In this document: positions 56,696-64,000 of the stretch, one piece after another
How the letters are laid out: each line of letters starts with the position of its first letter
How positions within the stretch are numbered: position 1 is the stretch's first letter
Origin: an uncultured Bacilli bacterium
GTDB lineage: Bacteria; Bacillota_I; Bacilli_A; RF39; UBA660
Reading direction: 5' to 3'
Length of the DNA: 64,000 nucleotides
Assembly (NCBI GenBank): GCA_934101595.1
Contig: CAKORR010000003.1
Location: forward strand, 105,748 to 169,747
Position numbers and translations under genes: made by a program
Notes under the pieces: model-generated
Seen by the model: the letters and a program-made list of their open reading frames with translations, nothing else
The model's database searches: none
What the model was told of the DNA's origin: nothing

Positions 56696-56918
56696 ATATG
56701 CTTCCAGTTGTAAGGCCAGACAAAGCCACTAAAATAGCCACCGTTAAACTATATTCTTCTTGTATACACACATAAATAATAGAGCCAATAATTCCTACTA
56801 TAATATTTTGATATCTTATATACTTTTTCTTTGTCCAATTAAATTTTTTTGTTAATTCGCCAAATAGAAAGGCAACAATCGGTGTAACTGCAGCTATTAT
56901 AAATTCAAGATTAATAAT
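56634..56918 (-). CDS. Holin-like small membrane ORF lacking a canonical start codon (not in the ORF track)
   Basis: Stop-to-stop frame 56637-56927 encodes ..INLEFIIAAVTPIVAFLFGELTKKFNWTKKKYIRYQNIIVGIIGSIIYVCI..LTVAILVALSGLTTGSIYD..KKGGNCNKDENSG. It has three hydrophobic segments and a charged tail, like A118-type holins. The only in-frame candidates near the RBS AGGGTGA are ATT codons, and an ATG sits one frame off. Confidence 0.4.
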   Translation of the reverse strand: MINLEFIIAAVTPIVAFLFGELTKKFNWTKKKYIRYQNIIVGIIGSIIYVCIQEEYSLTVAILVALSGLTTGSIYDIAHECKKGGNCNKDENSG

Positions 56919-57005
56919 AACATCACCCTATTTCTAATATAGTATATGGCGTATTAAGAAAAGGACTTAATTAATACATACAAAAAAAGTTGATTTCTCA
57001 ACTTT

Positions 57006-58100
57006 TTATCTATGAAATACATGTAAATAATTACCAAGCTTTAACTTATCATTATTTTCATAAATTACGGAGTACTCACTTCCATTTTCTAATACCTTTT
57101 TTACAGGATTATCACTTACTTTGTTAGCTACATACTTATTCATATCTATCTTATACAAATTTCTACTAATATCGATAATATATAATTCCTTGCTTAAAAT
57201 ATCTTGGTCCTCATGAAAGAACAAATAATTTGCATATAATATTTCTCCGTTCGATGTTTTTAACACGTTATCAACGTCTCCGTATCTTAGTGTTCCATCA
57301 TATCTAATAAGCCATTCATTTTTTTCAATTGGTTTAAATTCTTCTAAAACTCCATTTAAAACAATACTATTTTTATACTTATAATATACATTGTCTGTGC
57401 TTTTTAAATAAAGCTCAGAATCCATAACGCTAAAATAACCTATTTCATCAAACTTTTTAGATGACACTAGTTTTATATAATCTTCTTCTACGCTTATGTC
57501 CTTTTTATCTTTTAGATTTTGATAAACGCCTGCATATGGATACTCCGATATGTATACTTTTCCGTCAGTAGTTAATACTGCATATCCAGCATAAAATGAA
57601 AATTCCATAATAGCTAATTCTTTTGCGTTTGATATTTTTTTTATAGTGTAACTTTTGTTTTCAGTGATATTTCTTATAACGACTTTGCCATTCTCGATAC
57701 TTGCACTATATTGAATTTCTGTTAATTGGGGATCGCCATTATTATCAACATTGTCGTAGTCTTCATAGCCTTCAGTAAATTTAATAGTTGTATCTTTTTT
57801 TATCTCTAAACTTCTTATAGGATAATAAGGATAATCACTTAAATAATCATTTTTACTATAAGTTTTTACCTTTTCTTCTTTAATCTCTAAATCATCTTCT
57901 TTAGGTTTAGTGTTATTATCTTTATCATCGAGTTTGGTGTCTTTTGATACGTCGCTATCAATCTTTTTATTATCTTGTCTATTTAAGAAAATATATGTTC
58001 CCATTGACAAACCAATTATAATAATTGCAATAACCAAATAAAGTGCCCACTCAACCTTGTTAGTTTTTAGTTTTTCATCACTTAATTCTTCTTTTTTCAT
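57006..58100 (-). CDS. Membrane-anchored extracytoplasmic hypothetical protein
   Basis: Start moved to MKKEELSDEK... (AGGAG RBS) with a TM at WALYLVIAIIIIGLSMGTYIFL. The track extension (MRKH...) reads through a hairpin and the C9 tract. Confidence 0.6.
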   Translation of the reverse strand: MKKEELSDEKLKTNKVEWALYLVIAIIIIGLSMGTYIFLNRQDNKKIDSDVSKDTKLDDKDNNTKPKEDDLEIKEEKVKTYSKNDYLSDYPYYPIRSLEIKKDTTIKFTEGYEDYDNVDNNGDPQLTEIQYSASIENGKVVIRNITENKSYTIKKISNAKELAIMEFSFYAGYAVLTTDGKVYISEYPYAGVYQNLKDKKDISVEEDYIKLVSSKKFDEIGYFSVMDSELYLKSTDNVYYKYKNSIVLNGVLEEFKPIEKNEWLIRYDGTLRYGDVDNVLKTSNGEILYANYLFFHEDQDILSKELYIIDISRNLYKIDMNKYVANKVSDNPVKKVLENGSEYSVIYENNDKLKLGNYLHVFHR

Positions 58101-58128
58101 AAATCTATCTCCTTCTATTTTAACTATA

Positions 58129-58137
58129 CCCCCCCCC
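58129..58137. repeat. Homopolymeric C9 (G9 on the coding strand) in the 5' leader of the 57006..58100 gene
   Basis: Nine consecutive C about 30 nt upstream of the start codon, between the hairpin element and the RBS. It is the longest G/C run seen in the window. Confidence 0.9.
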
Positions 58138-58146
58138 GGCTTAATT

Positions 58147-58184
58147 CGTAAACAAAAACATATGCCTATTCGCATATGTTTACG
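58147..58184 (-). promoter_or_regulatory. Hairpin element, copy 2 of the duplicated terminator-like sequence, in a 5' leader
   Basis: Minus strand CGTAAAC-ATATGC-gaatag-GCATAT-GTTTTT-GTTTACG. The inner 8-bp stem is followed by TTTTGTTT. An outer 7-bp stem CGTAAAC/GTTTACG is also possible. Confidence 0.5.
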
Positions 58185-58316
58185 CACTTTTTACAAAAAA
58201 TGATAAAATTATTAAAGAGGTTATCCTTGACAAAATTATAGCATATATTCTTTTAAATTTATATCTGTTATTTTTATATTTACATATGTTAAGATGACTA
58301 TAATGGATGGTGTGTT

Positions 58317-59780
58317 ATGGAAATAGGATTTGATAATGATAAGTATGTAAAAATACAAAGTGAAAAAATTAAAGAGAGATTTAAATTATTTGATAAGCTA
58401 TATTTGGAAATAGGTGGAAAGCTGTTTGACGACTACCATGCAGCTAGGGTTTTACCAGGATTTCAAAAAGACGCAAAAATAAAAATGTTTGAAGAATTAA
58501 AAAATGATTTAGAAATTATTTTTTGCATAAATGCTAATGATATAGAAAAGAATAAAATTAGAGCTGAATTCGGAATCACTTATGACGTAGAAGTAATGCG
58601 CTTAATTGACAATTTAAGAAACCTTGGTTTTACAATTAACAGTGTCGTAATTACTCTTTATAATAATCAGCAAAGTGTTGATAATTTTATAAAGAAACTA
58701 AAAAGGCATAACATAAAAACTTATATACATACTTTTACAAAAGGATACCCAACTGACGTTGATACTATTGTAAGTGATATCGGTTACGGAAAAAATCCAT
58801 ATATAGAAACAGAAAAGAAATTAGTGTTGGTAAATGCTCCCGGACCTGGAAGCGGAAAACTTGCAACTTGCTTATCACAACTATATCATGAACACAAAAG
58901 AGGTATAAATGCTGGATACGCGAAATTCGAAACCTTTCCTGTATGGAATTTACCCTTGAAGCATCCAGTCAATATGGCTTATGAGGCTGCTACGGCTGAT
59001 TTAAAAGATGTAAATATGATTGATTCATTTCACTTAGAAAAATATAATATCCAAGCGATTAACTACAATAGAGACCTTGAAATGTTTCCAGTATTAAAAG
59101 CTATATTAGGAAAAATTACTGACTCTGAAATATATAATTCTCCAACTGACATGGGAGTTAATATGGTCGGAAATTGTATTATTAATGATGAGGTTGTAAG
59201 GCTTGCTAGTAAAAAAGAAATTGTGAGAAGATACTTTAATGAAATGACTAATTATAAAAAAGGATTAGTTGATATAGATGTACCTGAAAAAATCAAATTA
59301 TTAATGAACGAACTAGGAATAGATGAAAAAATATTTAAAACTGTTGAAGTTGCAAGAAAAAAATCTAAAGAGAAAAAATCTCAAGTCGTTGCAATCTGCG
59401 TTAATAACATAATTTTGACAGGAAAGGAATCAAAACTCTTAAGTGCTCCCAGCGCCCTAGTTTTAAATGCAATTAAAAAGTTGAGCCACATTCCAGATAA
59501 CATTGATTTATTAAGCCCTGCAATTTTAACACCTATATTAGAATTAAAGCCTAATAAAAAGAGTCCTTTAGATTTGCAAGAAGTATTAATCGCATTAAGC
59601 ATTTGCTCTGTTACTAATCCTACCGTAAAGCAAGCCTTATCTCATTTAAAAGATTTACAAAATTGCGAAGCACATGCATCTTATATGGTTACAAACGGAG
59701 ATTTAAAAGCCCTAAAGAATTTGAAAGTCGAATTGACTTGTGATCCTGAGTTCCATTCCGAAAACTTATTTTTAGATTAA
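58317..59780 (+). CDS. DUF1846 / UPF0371 family protein
   Basis: MEIGFDNDKYVKIQSEKIKERF... start and about 487 aa length typical of UPF0371. Confidence 0.7.
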   Translation: MEIGFDNDKYVKIQSEKIKERFKLFDKLYLEIGGKLFDDYHAARVLPGFQKDAKIKMFEELKNDLEIIFCINANDIEKNKIRAEFGITYDVEVMRLIDNLRNLGFTINSVVITLYNNQQSVDNFIKKLKRHNIKTYIHTFTKGYPTDVDTIVSDIGYGKNPYIETEKKLVLVNAPGPGSGKLATCLSQLYHEHKRGINAGYAKFETFPVWNLPLKHPVNMAYEAATADLKDVNMIDSFHLEKYNIQAINYNRDLEMFPVLKAILGKITDSEIYNSPTDMGVNMVGNCIINDEVVRLASKKEIVRRYFNEMTNYKKGLVDIDVPEKIKLLMNELGIDEKIFKTVEVARKKSKEKKSQVVAICVNNIILTGKESKLLSAPSALVLNAIKKLSHIPDNIDLLSPAILTPILELKPNKKSPLDLQEVLIALSICSVTNPTVKQALSHLKDLQNCEAHASYMVTNGDLKALKNLKVELTCDPEFHSENLFLD

Positions 59781-59817
59781 AAAAGAGCTAAATAGCAAAA
59801 ACTATTTAGTTCTTTTT
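59781..59817. terminator. Bidirectional terminator between convergent genes
   Basis: GAGCTAAATAG-caaaaa-CTATTTAGTTC flanked by an A-run and T5. Confidence 0.6.
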
Positions 59818-60231
59818 ACATTTATAACTAGAATTTTTAATTAATTCAACAAATCCATTTTCGGATAATTTAAAATTGTAAGGTAAATCTATTTTCATAT
59901 TATCTATATCAGATTTGTCTAAAAAATATGTTGCTGTTATATTTTTATCTTCTTTTTTATAAGACGCTTCAACGTTATTTTCATTGTAATTATCATACAA
60001 GTTTTGAAAAGATGTATATTCACCATTTAATGTATCATCATTTTCATGCGTTTCAGAAATAACAGAATAAAATTTATATACTTTCGCAGAATCAAAACTA
60101 AATTCTAAAGTTTCACTCTTTTTATACGGAAGATCTTTAAATTCTTTTACACATGTATAATCATATTTTTCTTTTTTTTCACATCCACAAACCAATAATG
60201 TGATTACTAACAATATAGCAAACTTTTTCAT
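59806..60231 (-). CDS. Lipoprotein, hypothetical
   Basis: Start ATG 60231 after GGTGAT. Signal peptide MKKFAILLVITLLVCGC with lipobox. Confidence 0.6.
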   Translation of the reverse strand: MKKFAILLVITLLVCGCEKKEKYDYTCVKEFKDLPYKKSETLEFSFDSAKVYKFYSVISETHENDDTLNGEYTSFQNLYDNYNENNVEASYKKEDKNITATYFLDKSDIDNMKIDLPYNFKLSENGFVELIKNSSYKCKKN

Positions 60232-60291
60232 ATTATCACCTATCATAAATATTATAATAAAAATATTTAATTTTAACAACGAAATAAATAA

Positions 60292-60831
60292 TTAATTAGC
60301 ATTATCAATGATTTTTTTTACAGTTCTACTTGTTCTAATAGTTATATCATTTTTTATTTCTTTACTGGCAGAGTTAATCCACCAGTTAGACTTACAATAG
60401 TCTTTTAATCGGAAAGACCAGAATATAACATTTTTATATACTAAAATTTTATCTATATTCTCACTAGGCTTACCAAGTTTATCACAAACTAAATTAGCAG
60501 TAACATTTGGCATAGCAAAAATCAAATTATCATAAATATCTTTGTTTTTACTATCCCACCAAATAGGTGAATTATTTATAATATCTTTTAATTCTTCCAC
60601 AGTGATAATTAATATTGGAATAGAAAGATTAAAATTTTTCTTAACTAATTCAATAATATTTTCGCTAATTTTATTAATATCGAGATTGCTATCAAATATA
60701 ACATTACCACTATTAAGCACTGTTTTAACATTTAAAAAGCCTGCGCTCTCCATACATTTTTTTAAATCAATCATGGATATTTTATTTTTCCCACTTATAT
60801 TAATTCCTCTTAAAAGAGCAACATATTTCAT
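60292..60831 (-). CDS. DUF1697 domain protein
   Basis: MKYVALLRGINISGKNKISM...GNVIF is the DUF1697 N-terminal signature. The start comes right after the upstream TAA. Confidence 0.75.
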   Translation of the reverse strand: MKYVALLRGINISGKNKISMIDLKKCMESAGFLNVKTVLNSGNVIFDSNLDINKISENIIELVKKNFNLSIPILIITVEELKDIINNSPIWWDSKNKDIYDNLIFAMPNVTANLVCDKLGKPSENIDKILVYKNVIFWSFRLKDYCKSNWWINSASKEIKNDITIRTSRTVKKIIDNAN

Positions 60832-60832
60832 T

Positions 60833-61786
60833 TTAATATTCATCCCCTAACTCTATATTCCACTTTGGCGGATACATATATTCTATTTTGGATTTTTTGG
60901 GAATATAATGCTTTTTTATTTTTTTACGATTTGACTTGATATTAGGAAAAGCTACCCGACAATATTTGTCTAATTCGCAAAATATATTTTGGCAATCTAT
61001 TAATTGTAAAGGCCTATTACCAAGTCTTTTAAAATCTAATTTTAACCTATTAAACTCTTCATCTTGATGAATATACATATACTTTATAATTTCTTCATAA
61101 GACATATTTCCTGTATCGATAAAGCACTTTTTTATTCCCCGTAGCGAACCTGGGCCAGCGACTGTAAATTCGTCTTCTTTCCAATTAACAACTTCACTAT
61201 AATTTATATCTGTTACTAACTGATATGCCATAAAATTTCCTATTAAAGGATAACTTTTTAAAATTAAAAATGCATCTTTCATTTTTTTACATTTAGGTAA
61301 TGTCTCTCCTATTTTGTCTATATTAAACATTTTATCAAGAAGTGCTAAATGATTATCATGTTTTCTATGATAGCCGAAAGCTTTGTTGGCACAACTAATG
61401 TAAGCATCATTATAAATTTTTATGCCATTTGATAAAGCGTTTTCAAGAACTTTAGAATATTTTTTTCTATCAAAATTTTCTAGTGTAATGTCGCCAAATT
61501 CATTCATTAACAATTCCCAAGTCGTTTCTTTATTAAAGAGTTTAAAAAGAATAATTCTAAATAACATATTAGCTTCATTGTAACGCCTGCCATTATAAAT
61601 AACATTTTTTAGCAAATATTGACTAACTCTATCATTGACTCTATAACTATTACAAAATTTATATTCTTTTAATATGGCATCATCAGTTAACTTAGTCGCC
61701 ATTTTATTGAGCTTTTTTAGAAAAATATTTTGCCTTTCGCAAGCAAAGTACCAATATAAATCATATATTTCTTGACGTTTCTTCAT
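60833..61786 (-). CDS. Homologue of alpha-glutamyl/putrescinyl thymine pyrophosphorylase clade 3 (aGPT-Pplase3-like; 'putative DNA base hypermodification protein')
   Basis: N-terminus EIYDLYWYFACERQNIFLKKL...LTDDAILKEYKFCNSYRVNDRVSQYL follows the family pattern (W..ER..I..r....PWTdD.IL..y.FcNvyRe.DRvT). By-eye call. Confidence 0.45.
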   Translation of the reverse strand: MKKRQEIYDLYWYFACERQNIFLKKLNKMATKLTDDAILKEYKFCNSYRVNDRVSQYLLKNVIYNGRRYNEANMLFRIILFKLFNKETTWELLMNEFGDITLENFDRKKYSKVLENALSNGIKIYNDAYISCANKAFGYHRKHDNHLALLDKMFNIDKIGETLPKCKKMKDAFLILKSYPLIGNFMAYQLVTDINYSEVVNWKEDEFTVAGPGSLRGIKKCFIDTGNMSYEEIIKYMYIHQDEEFNRLKLDFKRLGNRPLQLIDCQNIFCELDKYCRVAFPNIKSNRKKIKKHYIPKKSKIEYMYPPKWNIELGDEY

Positions 61787-62687
61787 ATTTTTCTCCTACA
61801 AGTTTTCCATACCTTACACAATAAGATGTTAAACAATCTCTTTTATTTCCTAATATATGATCCATTTGATTCGCAACATACTTAAAATTACACTTCATAA
61901 AATGAGAGAAAATATATTCATGCTTTTTAATTTGATCTTTATACTTATAAAGAAAATCTCTAACTGGAGAAGAAATATTAAAGACCCATATTGGACTTAC
62001 AATATAAACTTTTTTAAATTTTTTTATATCGACATCAATATTTTCTATATTCATTCGCCATTTATGCATGCCAAATCTTCCACACCACCAAAAGCCATGA
62101 GTTCCCTGGGTTTTTTCTTTTGTTTTCAATTCAACAATATTTGCTCCTATTTCATTTGCTTCTTCGTATGCAATTTTTTTGGTATATCCCATTCTAGAAA
62201 AATAAACGACAACACAATCATTATTCTTCCCTACATTGTTATATTTGCTAATATCTAAAGAAAATCTTGATTGAGTATAAAATATTATTGTTATTAAACC
62301 AATTATAAATTGTAAAAATCCAATAATAAAATAACTTATTGATAAAAAATTAGTTGGTAATATAATAAATTGAATAGTTATCCACATCATTAAAGTTATT
62401 CCAAATATTGTACCTAATATAAAACCTAATTTTTTATCTTTAATTATTAAATATGATGCTATTAAATTTGATATACCATTTACAATTAGTAAAGATATTC
62501 CTGAAAATATATAGTTTTGAAATAGGATATCACTAAATGGAAGTACATTAAAATATGGTAGCATTGTATCCATTTTTAATAACTCACCTGTTGGATCTAT
62601 AAACATGCATATACTACCATATAATGCCCCTATTCCAACAAGCAAGCACCAAAATAATAGTATTTTCTTTGTTTTTTTGTATCTCAT
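61761..62687 (-). CDS. Fusion of a 4-TM membrane domain and a flavodoxin-like domain
   Basis: N-terminal 4 TMs, then CVVVYFSRMGYTKKIAYEEANEIGANIVELK (flavodoxin-like). Start ATG 62687 or 62693. Confidence 0.55.
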   Translation of the reverse strand: MRYKKTKKILLFWCLLVGIGALYGSICMFIDPTGELLKMDTMLPYFNVLPFSDILFQNYIFSGISLLIVNGISNLIASYLIIKDKKLGFILGTIFGITLMMWITIQFIILPTNFLSISYFIIGFLQFIIGLITIIFYTQSRFSLDISKYNNVGKNNDCVVVYFSRMGYTKKIAYEEANEIGANIVELKTKEKTQGTHGFWWCGRFGMHKWRMNIENIDVDIKKFKKVYIVSPIWVFNISSPVRDFLYKYKDQIKKHEYIFSHFMKCNFKYVANQMDHILGNKRDCLTSYCVRYGKLVGEKYEETSRNI

Positions 62688-62736
62688 ATCCATACCTCAT
62701 TTTGATTTTATCATAAGAAAAATATATTTCAACAAT

Positions 62737-62760
62737 AAAAAAAGTTCGATATAATCGAAC
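62737..62760 (-). terminator. Terminator after tRNA-Thr
   Basis: Minus strand GTTCGAT-tat-ATCGAAC followed by T7. Confidence 0.6.
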
Positions 62761-62772
62761 ATATTTACAAAA

Positions 62773-62848
62773 TGGTGCTGGAAATAGGACTCGAACCTAT
62801 GACCTACGCGTTACGAGGGCGTTGCTCTACCAACTGAGCTATTCCAGC
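62773..62848 (-). tRNA. tRNA-Thr (anticodon CGT), CCA encoded
   Basis: GCTGGAA-TA-GCTC-AGTTGGTA-GAGC-A-ACGCC-CTCGTAA-CGCGT-AGGTC-ATAGG-TTCGAGT-CCTAT-TTCCAGC-ACCA. Full cloverleaf with one C:C mismatch at 31:39. Confidence 0.9.
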
Positions 62849-62947
62849 AACTATCTAAATTATAAAAAACATTTTAACAAAAGTAAAGAAATTTATAGTA
62901 TTTCACAAAAACATATAAATTTGATATACTAGTATTAGGTGATTTAA

Positions 62948-64000
62948 ATGATATATGAAACAGACTCTAGATTGGTAAAACCAGGCCAAATATTTGTTGC
63001 TATCAAAGGACATACGGTAGACGGACATGATTATATAGATGATGCTATTAAGAATGGAGCATCAACTGTTGTTGGTGAAAAAGACCTAACTTTAAGCGTT
63101 CCATATATTAAAGTTGAAGACTCTGAAAAATATTTACAAGAAGAAATTGTAAAAAAATATAAGAATGAACTAGATGAAATAGAATTTATTGGTGTAACTG
63201 GTACAAATGGAAAAACAACAACATGTTATTTAACTTATCAACTTTTGAAACTATTAAAAAAGGATGTAGCGTATATCGGCACAATTGGTTTCTATTATCA
63301 AGATGAGATCATTACTTTAAATAATACTACCCCGGATATTCTAACACTTTACAAACTACTTTTAAGTGCTAAAAAAAAGAATTGCCACACAATCGTTATG
63401 GAAGTATCTAGTCATGCTCTAGACTTAAATAGAGTTGCTGGCATAACATTTAAAGTAGCGGGATTTACAAATTTAACTCAAGACCATCTAGACTATCACA
63501 AAACAATGGACAATTACTTAAATGCCAAATTAAAAATATTAGATCATTTGAATAGTGATAGCATTTTTATAACCAATATAGATGATAAATATGGGGATTA
63601 TTTTAAAAAATTTCCAAATACTAAAACATATGGAAAAGATAATGCAGATTATAAAATTATTAATGAGGATATAAGCCCTTCTAACACAACAATTACATTC
63701 TCACATAATAATGAAGCTTTTAAGGTTACGACAAATTTAACAAGCGATTTTAATGTTTACAATTACATGTTATCTTTAGCAATCGTTAATTCTCTTAATT
63801 TTGATATTAATACAATTATTGATATCACAAAAAATATATATCCTCCTAAAGGAAGATGTGAAACAATTAAAGTTAAAGATTCATTTGCTGTTATTGATTA
63901 TGCACATACCCCAGATGCAGTAGAAAAAATAATTGAAGCTTATAATAAACTTAAAAAAGGAAAACTTTACACAATTGTTGGCTGTGGAGGTGACAGAGAC
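62948..64000 (+). CDS. murE: UDP-N-acetylmuramoyl-L-alanyl-D-glutamate--2,6-diaminopimelate (or L-lysine) ligase MurE, 3' end outside the window
   Basis: Open frame from ATG 62948 to the window end: DSRLVKPGQIFVAIKGHTVDGHDYI, GVTGTNGKTTT, MEVSSHAL, NLTQDHLDYH. Absent from the track because no stop is reached. Confidence 0.9.
   Translation, partial: MIYETDSRLVKPGQIFVAIKGHTVDGHDYIDDAIKNGASTVVGEKDLTLSVPYIKVEDSEKYLQEEIVKKYKNELDEIEFIGVTGTNGKTTTCYLTYQLLKLLKKDVAYIGTIGFYYQDEIITLNNTTPDILTLYKLLLSAKKKNCHTIVMEVSSHALDLNRVAGITFKVAGFTNLTQDHLDYHKTMDNYLNAKLKILDHLNSDSIFITNIDDKYGDYFKKFPNTKTYGKDNADYKIINEDISPSNTTITFSHNNEAFKVTTNLTSDFNVYNYMLSLAIVNSLNFDINTIIDITKNIYPPKGRCETIKVKDSFAVIDYAHTPDAVEKIIEAYNKLKKGKLYTIVGCGGDRD

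Noticed and set aside
55856-58187. Prophage or other mobile element around the holin-like/M23 pair, and more generally anywhere in the window.
   Set aside because: No integrase, recombinase, transposase, terminase, capsid, tail or plasmid replication genes are recognisable. No flanking direct repeats were seen. The tRNA-Thr at 62773 has no adjacent integrase. Only the two-gene lysis-like cassette is phage-like.
1-64000. Alternative genetic code (UGA read as Trp, Mollicutes-like), considered because of the extreme AT-richness.
   Set aside because: Several well-supported genes end at TGA (for example 14416, 34787-34789 and 50137-50139) with correctly placed downstream starts. Conserved Trp positions use TGG. 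Long ORFs are intact under code 11.

Overview
AT-rich chromosomal segment (by eye about 70% A+T or more, not computed) from a low-GC Bacillota-type bacterium. It uses the standard code: TGA serves as a stop and TGG encodes Trp. A T-box leader, a CIRCE element, a Cheo/LexA box and a CotD-like coat protein support the taxonomic guess. I count roughly 65 protein genes, about 85% on the minus strand, plus one tRNA-Thr(CGU). Housekeeping genes are a type-2 aspS behind a T-box, two RNase J paralogues, ffh, ftsY-ylxM, a reduced sufC/sufD-like/sufS/sufU operon without sufB, recG, and murE (cut by the right edge). Accessory content: CadC/CadA-type metal efflux, an SOS-controlled Y-family polymerase with YolD, a YtrA-ABC module, a second ABC-2 exporter, LRR and InlB-B-repeat surface proteins, a holin-like plus M23/SH3 lysin pair, a GGGtGRT/NifU-like pair, an ATP-grasp/ASCH/DUF4186 operon, an operon with a homologue of phage thymidine-hypermodification enzymes (aGPT-Pplase-like), and a three-gene operon of unassignable proteins. 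I saw no transposase, integrase, CRISPR array or rRNA. Unexplained non-coding signals: an exact 10-nt G-rich motif recurring at three intergenic hairpins, a 54-bp perfect palindrome, an orphan sRNA-like unit with its own promoter and terminator, and a duplicated hairpin element beside a C9 tract. The ORF track uses the longest ORF and counts GTG/TTG as starts, so several starts were moved to RBS-supported positions. All family assignments are by-eye motif recognition, not searches.
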